Source of the DNA: Phoronis australis
Lineage: Eukaryota > Animalia > Phoronida
Assembly (NCBI GenBank): GCA_002633005.1
Contig: NMRA01000011.1
Span: 1,833,275 to 1,897,274, forward strand
Direction: 5' to 3'
DNA length: 64,000 nucleotides
Below the pieces are notes generated by a model. That model searched no databases. It worked only from the letters and a program-made list of their open reading frames with translations, and was not told where the DNA came from. Of the stretch, positions 36,358-48,574 are shown piece after piece. Within the stretch, counting starts at the first letter, position 1; each line of letters opens with the position of its first letter. Made by a program: the position numbers and the translations under genes.

Positions 36358-38004
36358 CATGTACACCGTCATCACAAATCGTAGCGCCCAGTCTTTTCGT
36401 CATTTGTGAATTCATTACAAACAGTTCCTAGAAACGACCTTCAAAAGAAATAATGTCCCCGTGATTCTATTGAGAAAATATAACACTATTTATAACTAAC
36501 CATCAGAAGTAGCCTTTTTTGTGTAATTCAAAAATAGCGATCTTCACGTTCTTCAAACTTTGATTCCAACTTTTTAATGGTGGTCAAGACTATTGTATTT
36601 TTCACATTTTTGGTTGTTTGGGTCGCATGTTTTGATATTGCTGTGCTGTGTACGCTTGCTTTGGGTTTTTGATGAATTTGGAATCTCAACTTCCCCTCGT
36701 GAATACTTGGCAGTGTCTGGTTTGCATGTTTAGAGGTATCCCACACCGCCCCACTGAGAGGGGGTCCCGTCTGAAATGGGACACCTAAGATGAAAGGCTA
36801 CACATCCATAAGCTTGGAAAACAGTGACAGTTCATTCCATTGTCGGGCGACAAGTGACTTTCCTCAGCAAGAAAGCCGGTTGTACGATTCCACAAAAAAA
36901 CAAGAAAATAGAGATAATCGATTCCACAATTGGACCCTGTCTTCGTGAGCTGCCCCTTAAGAACTTGCTAATCAAAACACGAAAAAGATGGCCACTTGAA
37001 TGTCCCTCAAAGGGTAAACCATGCACTGATACTGAGTTGTCAAATGTTCTCTTGAATTTTCTCTCTTATCTGTATTCGTAGTCTTTCTTTTCTCGACTGC
37101 CCCCGGCCCCAAGCCTATGTCGGTTGCCATGGTTTAACCCTGACGCCTGCAATTTTTTTGGGGGGCACGTCCCTCTGCCCCCTCGCTTACTACGGATCTG
37201 AATTCGAGTGTGATAAGTTTGGCTTAATTCTACACTTTCACTTAAACAGGGTTGGTTTACCGACTAACAAGCTATCAGACGATTTGATTCTTTGTTGTCA
37301 GAGGAAAGTAAAAAGAGAAAACGTATAACCGATGAGACTGTTTGCGGTTTTCTGAACGTGTCAAGGGAATTTTAATTTTTTGGCCGTAACACATTGAACA
37401 AAAAGTGTAATTTCAACTCAGTTTAAGGGCTGAGTATGGGCTAAAGTTGTTCCCACGCATGGTGAATACAATTCCTTACTCGAGTGCAGCAAGACGGATC
37501 GTTGCAAGCTGAATTGTGTGTCTCACACGAAATTAGGCCTAACTGGCATCATTGTTATCCGTTAACAACGCGGAAAGTGCTTTCCTGTGATTTGTAAACT
37601 GCGTTCGTAGCAAACGCCGTAAACGTAGAACGCACAAATACAATGAGCAAAACCGAGAAAGTTATTGTTGACAAGTGACATGACAATTACTTGTTGTTGG
37701 CTACTGGAGGTCATCACCTGCGCAATTAGCTCACTTCACCCGCAAAAATGTGAGGATTTACGCTCCCTAGGCACAAGAACAGTCACCGAGACATTTGCTT
37801 TGCCACCTCACGATGCAAATCATCGCGGTTAAATGTGCCACAAAAGTGTGTTATGTGATGAGCTCTTGAGTATTCGAGGCGCGTAGCTTTCTGGCTACGA
37901 CGGCCTGCTGCCGCAACTAACCACTATATATGAAAACATTAAAACGAGGCCCGGATGTTGGCTTCGAGGCCCTCGGTAAAAAGCAACTCAAAATCGATTG
38001 CATT

Positions 38005-38232
38005 GCATGTGCGGACCCAGGGGGCTCGGGGGCTTCCACATTTGGCAAAGTAGACAAAAAGGTCGGCCTCAGAAAAATAAAAAGTCCGAGAAAATGAGAA
38101 AAGAGAACACTTAAAAAGCCAGGAATTGGGTGAATGCACAATACAGCTTTGAACGAACACCGTTTTCCTGTTTTTGTTTTAGTAAAAGGTCCACATTCTC
38201 AAAAATTCGAGCCCCTATATTTTAGTCTGGGT
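38005..38232. mobile_element. GC-rich MITE; its right part is shared with ~14945-15000
   Basis: gtaaaaggt.cacattctcaaaaattcgagcccc occurs at both loci. Confidence 0.55.
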
Positions 38233-38779
38233 GTCTACATTCACTGACACTCGCCCTCACCCGACATCTTCTTCGCATTCATTCTCGCGACGGAAAAACG
38301 TCGTGCTCTACTGCCGCCAAATCCATGGTGAGTTTTTTTGTGTGACCAAGTAGTGACTTCAGTTCGTCATTCGTGAGCTGATAAATGCGTTTCTTTCTCG
38401 AAGCTATATACCATCCCGGCCCACTCGCGATCGAGTACGCCCGGAAGGCGATTGAGGACGAATTTTGGCGAGAGAAGCGAAACCAGGCAAGGTGAGTAAA
38501 TTTGATGAATTTTGGTTGTTTTTACTTCCAATGTGAAAACTGAGACATGAGTTCAAGCCGTAATACATTGAAGAAGGGCAGATAGAGGTTTAGGCTTGTG
38601 TCTTTTCCGATCATTGGAGAAAAGTTATGTTGACCGAGGCATCGCATGAGCCAAAGGTGATTTATATGTCATTTTGGCAAATTGCAGTTATTTTTGGCAC
38701 TAACTCAATAAATTGACCACGCCTGTTTTTTGTGGTTTTGTCAGGATCTCTGGTTTTTAACAACTTTTCTGTTCAAAGA

Positions 38780-40990
38780 TGCCATCGTGATCACAAAGAT
38801 AAGGGATCGGGAACGCAAATTTGCGTTTTGTTTATGCGATCGGGAACGCATCGTGGTATATCGAACAATAATGATTTTTTTAATTATAAAACGTGAAAAA
38901 AGGTTACAAACTTAGTGTTGTGCAATGAATTAATCACATTTTGCTTCATTACTGTGTTACTTTCGTATCAAAACTAAACAATAGCATAGCGTATTACCAA
39001 TAAATCGCTATGAGCACTATATGTACACCAAGCATACATGTACTATTTTAGTTATAGATATTTTCACAAATGAATTTATTTTCATTTCAGGAATAATTTC
39101 ACTGTTATTGTGAGGCGAGCTTCAATGAACGTGTTACCCACGACGTGAAGGTACACCATACCAGGGTTTTGAAATTCAGACATCTGCTTTTAGACGAGAC
39201 CTCTGGGAACAAGGGGTTCTAAATTGAAGACTCACCCAGGAGTTGTTCCATATGGCGTGTCAGCCAGGGGTAAATAAATTGTTGGAGCCGATTAATCTTC
39301 TTGCAAAATTGTGACAGCAAAATGAAAAAATAAATAGCTAGTGAAGTCAAAGAATGATGATGTGCTTGCCCATGAGGAGAGAGAAAGAGAGGGGTGCGGC
39401 AACACCATTCACGAGCTGATTAAAAGATTCCCACTCATGAGCGTCTGACATCTAAAAATTGGCCAGAAGTTGTGTAAGCTGATGGGCTGATAAAACGGGT
39501 GGGATTTTACTTGATGTTTTACTGATAACATCGATACAGAGATGAACTGATTGACTTGTGGCACCCGTGTGGCTTGAATGTACGTTGTATTTGACTCTTC
39601 TGTTTAGTGTAGTCTTAGTTCACCGTGTATCTTCAGTTCATGAGCTCCAGTTTAATGTGTTATTGAAAAATATTGAGACAGCTTTAATACACGTACTTTA
39701 TTGTGGTTTTCTCAAAACGTAGTCAACATGTTGTCTTAAGCGTCACTTCAACTACACACTGTAGTGATTTACACAAGAAATCAACAACAATATTATAGCA
39801 TTTCTATGATCACCCATACCTCAGAACTGGCCATACAAAAATAGACAAAGCATTGCTTTAGGGAAATCAACATTACAAATCCATTGAACATTTCCTACCA
39901 ATTACTTTTGAAATGCATTAGACTAAATCATCACTGAATCATAGACAATTTATTTCGGACTGATTGATAGTATAATGGTCTCTCACAGGAAGTCAACAAC
40001 AAGTTCTACAATAATCATTGACATATATTTTCTTTTAAACACTAATTGGTCATAACAAATGTATGTAAGTATTGCCCAATGACACTAAGTATGGTCATTT
40101 ACCTAAACACTGCCAAAATGCACTGGAGCTGTTAAAGATCGTGTTGAAATAACACAAATGTAGAAAGAAAGTTCAGGAAAAAGTTTCAAAACAAAACGTC
40201 AAAATACTATGATATCAGACAACTACCTACCATAAACTCTGTAAATCTGAATAAACTATAGTGACTTAACAACCTTCACCATTGGACTTAATGATTTCAT
40301 TCATGACTTTTCTTCTTCTTATGCCTGTACTGTTTGCATGACAAGCCACCGATTCACCACAAAAAGGGGTGTCCACGTGCTGTGACGCAATGTGTCACGT
40401 CAGGCTCACTCTTTCAGTGAAACATTGATCACAGATAGGACACACAATCGACTTGGTTCCTGAGCACGATACTTCATACTGTGGTTTCCTGTATCAGTAA
40501 AAAGTTGACTCATGCAACGTGTCAATCAAATATCTGGCAAAGGTCTTGCTTGCTGTAGTGTCACTGTGTTTTATTGCCATGTGGTCATAATAAGTCGATT
40601 TCTTAGATCCTGAACTAAGCTCCGCAACATACACACACTCCTTTGTGACACGCAGCAGTTGTACTACTCTTTTTGAAGGCGTGGATGTGAACACCCTGAA
40701 GGACTCGTCTTGTGGCTACAGAACAACTGGAAACAATCAAACGCATTCAGTTATGCTTGTTAGGCTAAATCTCACAAAGGAATCATGAAAAAACGATGAA
40801 ATATAATTAATAATCAACCCAACAAATTATTCAAGGTCGTTATTATTCTAAAATTATTGACATTATTCCGTAACGTGAACGACTATTTAGGCTAGTGCAG
40901 AGAAAAAAATGTGCGTTCACGATCTTTTTTGCGTTCACGATCGCCATAGAGAATTCACGACTTCGTTCCCGATCGCCGTCTCACACAAGG
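38780..40990. mobile_element. Unclassified DNA element with inverted gatcg(g/t)gaacgca subterminal repeats
   Basis: gatcgggaacgca twice at 38805-38850; gcgttcacgatc/cgttcccgatc three times at 40912-40975. Confidence 0.5.
40300..40730 (-). pseudogene. C2H2 zinc-finger-containing exon relic
   Basis: IVCPICDQCFTERVSLT*HIASQH in frame downstream of ORF 40494-40694; in-frame stops. Confidence 0.55.
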
Positions 40991-43235
40991 ACCTGCTTGC
41001 ATTGGTAAATATCTCGAATTATTTCACAAATTATAGCTAAAAAAGGTGTCACCAGGGACGATTAAACTATAAACGTCACACGTCTCTACTTAAGAACCCT
41101 GGAATTGCTACTAACAAGTACAAATTGTCGATTTTACGAGGCCCAAGGCATTTTACCGAAATTCATTGCTTTCTGAGCTCTTTATTTAGAAAAGGCAAAA
41201 ACCAAGTATTATTTCAGATCCACAACAAAGGCTACACTGTGACACATATCTGTGTGTCGCATTTCTACCAAAATAGCCTCTGTTTAAGAACAAAATGACA
41301 CTTAAACTCGCCGTGTACGTCACTGTTCGTCCGGCGCCTGCGTTTACCGTTTACACCTACTAGGTTTTGTGTTCAATATTAAGCGTGGAGAGAAACCGAA
41401 CAAACGATGAAAACGTTAAAATTCAAACAGCCTCAGCATTTTACGCGTACCCGTTAGCCGGTCAGTATTCCGTGTACATCCATCGCATCCATTAACAAAT
41501 TTCGAAACCACGTCTACTAGGCTGTGAGAGATCGTCACTTATTCTCCGCGTTAAATGTACTTTTATATTAGAAGTAAGTGGCAAAGATCTCAACTTTATT
41601 CCGATATTAAGTGCAGTGTCACAGATCAGATATAGGCCCACTCTTTTTTGCACAAAACTAACCGGGGCCAATGCCCGTCTTATTCATTCATCTTGGCGTT
41701 TGTTACGTGAGTCCTGGTGTGGAATTCTTTACCACAGAATGTTGAACATTTTCCACTTAGCGGAATCTTTACCACAGGGTGGAACTCTTAAACTCCTACC
41801 ACATCCTCCACGCACGACAAAAAATCCTTTCACGTACACAAAACTGAGAGGCTTGTTACTCGTCTGTGAGTATTAGCGATACGCATGTGTGAATATGGTT
41901 CGGTTTTCATGCCAAGGGTTCTTGTTCTGGGTATTTCGTTGGAGTTGCGGGGCTCGACGCTATCAACTTTGCAAGGTCCTATTTTGTGGCCTTCATGTAG
42001 CCAAAATCCCAGGTTGCATTTTCAAAATCCTGCTCTCATTCATAAAGGCTAGGCCGCAAAATGTTCCCCCTATTTGTACGCGCCAAAATTGATATTTTAG
42101 ATCATCGAGAAAATGATTATTGTCTTACCAGCGGCGTTAAATACTCACAAACGCCAGTTCGCAAACTTGGGTTCTTATTTGCAGGTACGGCGTTACTGTT
42201 CTTCACGACTGCCATTGAAAGGCTGTTGAATCAGTGCTCTGTAACTTGCATGTGCTTTCAAGTAGCTAAGTTTGTAATGTGAAAAGGGGGCAAATACTTG
42301 TTGAAAATGTGTCCACGATTTTTCTAGGTCTGACCTGCTATGTGACTGTCATCAAAGTCGTTGAAGGTCCAAACTAACTCTGAGTGCAAACTACCTCCAT
42401 TTTTTTTTTACAGCCCAAACTTTGCAACTTAAGTCGACGTTTGAAAAACATCATCTTGTCGAGGAAAATTTCTAGCCGAATGACGCATTCGGAAAAGCAG
42501 GAACAATAATTGCAAATTTCACAACAAAAATGTTGGACTTATGCTGTTTACGTACTCAACAACTACATATAGTTTTCCACGAAATGAAAAGCCTCGAAAT
42601 AATTCCCGACTCCGTGCGAGTTTCCATCGGGTAAATGGAGTGTGCTCGTTTATACCTTCTATGTACTGGAAAATTGGAGGTCAGTCACAAAACTGCATGC
42701 ATGTCGCTAGTGTTACCTTTCTTTTGGAGATATAAAACAAAGCCTGGGTTTAGTTTTTACGTATTGAGAAAAGGCGTTTTTTCGATTTGTTGTTGTGTAA
42801 TATGAGAGTGACTCGCTATGTAGACTGCGTGTAATTTTCATATCACGCGCGGTCGTTTGTAGTGCTCTATGACGGGCACTAGCCTGAACTGTAGAAATTC
42901 TCGAAGTTCTCGCTTAGTAGAGAAGTACGCTCTTATTATGAAACGCTTCAAAGGCAGGGAGTAGTGGCATGTGCATGTTTGCGGTAATAAGATATGGAAA
43001 GACTGCAATAGTAAGAAATGTTATACTTCGATTTTGTGAAACAAACTCCATCTAGTAGAGTTGACTTTCTTGCTATTGTTGCCACTTACACTGTAGCCTT
43101 TTTAGCCACCTGGAATAATATTGTTTTTAATTGCCTGCTTAAGCCGAAACAAGATTATTTATACCACAATATTAGCCTCGAATGGCAGATACAACCGTGT
43201 AACAACCCATAAAGTTATCTCACTAGTGAGAAACC

Positions 43236-43306
43236 GAGGCCGGATTCGAACCCGGGCCTCAACAGTTTCGAGTCGCCGACTTTACCACTACAACACTACA
43301 CCGGCT
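43236..43306 (-). repeat. tRNA-derived head
   Basis: agccggtgtagtgttgtagtggtaaag...cccgggttcgaatccgg with a good T-arm/B-box but an imperfect cloverleaf. Confidence 0.55.
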
Positions 43307-43849
43307 GACGTCATCGAACGTGAAAATAGAATACTTAAATGAGCACGCGCAACAATCGCATGTTCAGCAAAGGGCGTTGCACCGACAATTATACGCTATG
43401 AAAAATAAGACGCATAATTTCCATAAAAACGATATTTTAATTCAGTGAAATTTTTCTCTTGTGTTCTCTCACTTGTAATTCACCGATCTCCAATTTGAAT
43501 GCAGGTGTCTTGTGGTTCTGGATCCTTTGACTTGAGCATTATAGTCAGTTACCAGTGCACCTACTTTAGCAGACGATATATTCCCGGTCGAAGCTTAGCG
43601 TGATAAAATGTGTAGTAAGCTGTAACAGTTGCTAAACCTTAATTTATAGATTCACTTTATTTCTATTTTGTTTTATTTTTCAATTGGTTTTGAGTAAAAG
43701 CATTATTTTACAAAAATATCTCGGCTTTTCTTAAAAGGTCACGATCTCCGACCCCGGGCCTCTGACATAGAAAGTAGTTACAAAGCCGAGGCGAATCGAG
43801 AAAGGTAGACCGATTCATTGCAATGTTTCTCGTTCAGTATGTGGTATAA

Positions 43850-44013
43850 ATAGATTATTACATGTTTTCAGTTGTTATCCCCTTATCTAGAGCCCGAGTG
43901 GATTTTTGTAGAATTATCACCCGAGGGGGTAACGCCCCTCGGGCGATAATTCTCCAAAATCCACTCGGGCTCTAGATAACGGGGGATAACGACTTCGCCA
44001 TGTAATAATCTAT
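43850..44013. mobile_element. Palindromic (foldback) Crypton-type non-autonomous element
   Basis: Near-perfect hairpin centred on cccgagggggtaacgcccctcggg; outer arms atagattattacatg / catgtaataatctat. Confidence 0.7.
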
Positions 44014-45774
44014 ATTTCTATTGGAGTCTGAAATCAATACGGAGTGGTCCGGGAAGCAGAAAAAGTTGGCAGGGCGTGTAGAGATGATTAAAAAATTCAC
44101 TAACCACAATTTTGCATCTACCCGAATAGTTGCAATAGTTGGATACACGCATGGAACATCGGGCCTATGGTACATCGACCCGGGGAAACATAACAACAGG
44201 AAAATTAAACTAAAACAGTAACTGAGGTTATTTTACATTGGGCAATCGTGTTTGATGTGTGGATGAAAATTTTAGATACCTGGAGTTTTTTGGCAAAAAG
44301 GTCGTTTTTACGGTTCTTGTGAGGAAACAAATCCTGCTCTCGTCTCAGGATTATGACAGGGACAGAACCTGGGGATTTTGACATTATGTAATCAAGTCCG
44401 AGATGCGAAATTCTCACTGCTTTGATGACAACTACTAGCAATGGTAGGCAACGCCGGTTTGCAGCTATCACAACGTTTTATTTATCACGCTTCACTGCCC
44501 TTTCAAGATTTACATATAAAGTTTGTGCTTCTCTCTTCACTCCTCTGCTAACCGTGTAATACGATGCGGTTCAGCTGATTTATCAAATTTCATGTTTCAG
44601 AAACTGAAATTGTCCGAAGCGCTAAGTCTCTGGAAAATAAACCCAAAGAAGAAACACGAAGAGCAGTCGGTACCACACATGTACATGTACCTGTAAGCAG
44701 CACAGGTCAGTCTGGGCAGTGTTTTATCAAAATCTGCAAATGGTGATGGATTTCAATAAAAATCAGTAGGGATGCTGTTCGTGATATGGCGATCACAAAA
44801 AATGATTTCGATAAAAAAGTATTCGGTATGCATGGCAATGCCAAAATGATGTAACATTAGTATGTTCATGAAAAATGCTATAAACCATTAACCTTTTGAC
44901 ATTTTTGATACGTTTTCTCTGAATTGTAATAAAAGTAAAGATCTTCAAACCTACGGAAGGAAATTCAAAATTTCTTGGAATTATTTTTATACGGTTTGAA
45001 AATTGGAACAGATAATTGGGAAAACCAATCACTTCTGAAATCTATTGGTCTATTTGCACCAACGTATCTATTCAATGGCAGCAGATTTTGGTGTCCAACC
45101 ATTATCGTTTTAGAACAACAAGCACGTGTACAGAGCAGCCATTGATGAACATTTCTGAGGCTGGTGTAAATAGACCAACATTTTAGGAAATGTTACCACA
45201 ACATCACCTTGAAGCAGTTTTAGCAGGACATGTAAAACATGTCATAAACGATGGTAGAAATTTCACCCATAAAAGATTATCAGAGTGTCAAAATCCATTA
45301 CTTCTTCATGGACTAACTGCTGATGACCTTTTCAAATGTTTACTTCTTCAGTACAGTACACACTGTACTCTCTCAATTGTTGATGGTTGAAACCTAATTG
45401 CGATAACGGCAGGGAAATTTTGTGTTCATTTTTGTTAACTTAATTCAGAAGATGAAAAAGGAAATGGCCCCTATGTGTAATGTTATATGTACGTTGCTCA
45501 TTAAGCAATGGTCTTGATGATCATATAATATATCGTAACTAATGTAAGGTATTCGTAAGACACTTGCGATGGAATATCTTCGCTTATGGAAGGTAACAGT
45601 GAGCTGTATTAGATCAACATTTCACCCTCTTCGATCAGTCACTTCAATAGTACATGTACCTTCACTCCTACGCGTGGTTTTGTCATGTCTTGTGTGATTT
45701 GCTTTTGTCCAAGTGTCTTGCGTCAACAGAACGCATTTCCTAAGAGTTTGAGAGTAAATTTCATCTCATCAGTT

Positions 45775-46400
45775 AGGTCTAGCTCTTGCATCATAGCACG
45801 GATGTGTGTTGTAATCAGTTTGATGAACGCAGCAATTGTAACTGGTTGAAAACTGTAACTACAGTGAGCAATTACGGCTACACCAGATCCCTAACAACCG
45901 TCCATGTCTACACATGCATACATGTACATGTAGGACCACATCTTTGTACACCACCACTTCTGTGTACGATTTTGCATAGGACTGATGCTTTGGGAGCGCT
46001 TTAAAATGGATTGTGTAACCGTCAGTTCGTAGCATTGAATCGTCGATGAGCTATTAAAGTAGATCGCGTGTCAAAAAATACATGCGACACGCAGTGATTG
46101 GCCCTTGATATTTTAATTGAACGATAGCCGAAGGGGAAATCGGATACTCTACCTAACTCAAACAACAAACTACGATTTTTGAACACTTGTCTACATTGTT
46201 GATTAGTCGCATATGCCAGTAGGTACGATCTTCGTATACAGCAATTGTTCCATAGTTTCACCACTGATGTACTCCATCCCGCTGTTCGATCCCTGTGCCC
46301 TTGTAGAACTCCAGTTCCGTTGTACCTTCTGGCAGAGAAATAACTTCAATTGTGGAACGGGGAAACATACATGTACAGGCCCGGGAATACCTTTGCCGAC
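45775..46400 (-). mobile_element. Helitron 3' relic (Pif1 helicase C-terminus)
   Basis: SLLFELGRV / RFPLRLSF..KGQSLRVACI ... YTEVVVYKDVVL resemble [27 protein letters not shown] and TKNVVYKEVL; CTAG preceded by a weak hairpin near 45780. Confidence 0.55.
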
Positions 46401-46567
46401 CCGTCGGCTGCCTTCATAATACGAACGGAAACCCAGTGCCATAGCAATAAGAGAAAGGCCTATGGAGGTCTTGAAAGGAAGTAATCGGGCATTGGCCTGC
46501 TTAAAACGTCAAATCGTTCTTAAGTCAAGGAGGCAAGAAAACTATCAACCACTTATGCTTTTTCCAG

Positions 46568-46651
46568 GTTGCACTGTAGACAAATTGGTGCTGTTCGAGC
46601 GAATTCTGTACCTGTGCTTTGTGGTCTTCTCCTTGGCTGAAATAGGTGTCG
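46568..46651 (+). CDS. TMEM272: TMEM272-like gene, exon encoding TM1: (G)CTVDKLVLFERILYLCFVVFSLAEIGV(G)
   Basis: ctttttccAG acceptor, GTAAGA donor, 84 bp, phase 1-1, hydrophobic; joins in frame to 62182. Symbol denotes family, not proven orthology. Confidence 0.7.
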
Positions 46652-47225
46652 GTAAGAAAAATGTTTCGTAGACATTTTGTTTAGTCTTCTTAGTTTTAAA
46701 TCCTGTCTTGTCTTACTTTGACTTTACAGTGTTTAGGCGTTTAAAAGTACACTAAGTGTCTTTTTTCGTAGCTTACTTACATGTAGTTCGGAGAAATCTC
46801 AAAAGTTCAACTCGGAACTTTTAGCCTTACTGTAAAATAGAATTAGACAGTTATTGGCACAAATCAATATAGTCTCGGGCATAGAATAAATGGAGATTAA
46901 GACATGTCGGTACAGTTCCATTTGTTGAACATGCGGTTATTGAGTGTCCTCATTAAAGTGTAATTTGCAAGGTCCAAGTATGTTAAATTGCAATAATATC
47001 TTCAAGGTATTGCTATTTGGATGTATTTTATTCAAATCATCGCATTATTGTGTCTTTAGTTATTTAAAAAAAGCGAAAATAAGAAAATGCGCTAAAAGTT
47101 GACCTTTGACACCGTGACATGGTGTTGGGGAACACAAACCAGATCATATCCCACAATGCAGTTCACTGCTATTATATCACAGTACACGAAGAACAAAGAC
47201 CGTTCAACCTTGGCGTGTTTTAGCC

Positions 47226-47471
47226 ATGGTGCATCGGTGTGTGTGTGCTAACTATTTTAACACCACCCAGGTGGAAGGCATGAGCCCATTTAAATTCTAA
47301 AAAGACAAACATCTGGATGCGTAATGGCAGGTTTTCGTGTGCTCTGCTCGTCTTTTGAAAATGACTGTCGAGTCAGCCATCTGTCGGAGCCGAAATATGC
47401 TCCGACCATTTTGAGGACGGCTGCTTTGACGACAAACACATCATGAAGGTTGAAGCTGGTCTTATAAAAAG
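47226..47471 (+). pseudogene. THAP domain exon of the Kolobok transposase
   Basis: MVHRCVCANYFNT...FKF*KDKHL...W..FV ... EICSDHFEDGCF, then a GTAAG donor. Confidence 0.8.
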
Positions 47472-47911
47472 GTAAGTTACCTTGAGAATTTTGATGTCTA
47501 ATAATTCATGACGCTTTCGCAGTGTCTGAACAATAACAATCTTTGTTCACAATCACCGTAGTTCTCAAGTGTTTAAAATCTGTTGTTTTTCCGTGAAAGA
47601 TTTAGTTATAAATCGATCAGTAAAACTAAAAGCCACAACAAATAAAGCTGATCTCAAAAGATGCATGTATTTTGAAACGAATACAGACTATGAATAAAGT
47701 AAAACAGGACGGTAACTCAATTCCAAGGTTTTGATTATTAATTTAAAAGTAGTCTGTTTCAAAAAAAAAACAGGATTAAAATCTAGTTTTGGCATTTGCT
47801 TGAAGGTTATAAAAGAAGGTGAAAACTTGCAATTAGATATCATCGTGTTTTACTTTAATCATGGACAACTCTGGATTCAAAATTTTTTTTTTTTTACTTT
47901 TGAATTGCCGC

Positions 47912-48574
47912 NNNNNNNNNNNNNNNNNNNNNNNNNNNNNNNNNNNNNNNNNNNNNNNNNNNNNNNNNNNNNNNNNNNNNNNNNNNNNNNNNNNNNNNNN
48001 NNNNNNNNNNNNNNNNNNNNNNNNNNNNNNNNNNNNNNNNNNNNNNNNNNNNNNNNNNNNNNNNNNNNNNNNNNNNNNNNNNNNNNNNNNNNNNNNNNNN
48101 NNNNNNNNNNNNNNNNNNNNNNNNNNNNNNNNNNNNNNNNNNNNNNNNNNNNNNNNNNNNNNNNNNNNNNNNNNNNNNNNNNNNNNNNNNNNNNNNNNNN
48201 NNNNNNNNNNNNNNNNNNNNNNNNNNNNNNNNNNNNNNNNNNNNNNNNNNNNNNNNNNNNNNNNNNNNNNNNNNNNNNNNNNNNNNNNNNNNNNNNNNNN
48301 NNNNNNNNNNNNNNNNNNNNNNNNNNNNNNNNNNNNNNNNNNNNNNNNNNNNNNNNNNNNNNNNNNNNNNNNNNNNNNNNNNNNNNNNNNNNNNNNNNNN
48401 NNNNNNNNNNNNNNNNNNNNNNNNNNNNNNNNNNNNNNNNNNNNNNNNNNNNNNNNNNNNNNNNNNNNNNNNNNNNNNNNNNNNNNNNNNNNNNNNNNNN
48501 NNNNNNNNNNNNNNNNNNNNNNNNNNNNNNNNNNNNNNNNNNNNNNNNNNNNNNNNNNNNNNNNNNNNNNNNNN
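47912..48574. other. Assembly gap (N run)
   Basis: Run of N; ORFs spanning it are artefacts. Confidence 1.

Noticed and set aside
43236-43306. Functional tRNA gene (also 10315-10387, 11085-11155, 51175-51243)
   Set aside because: A/B boxes are present but acceptor and D stems are not formed; treated as tRNA-derived repeat heads.
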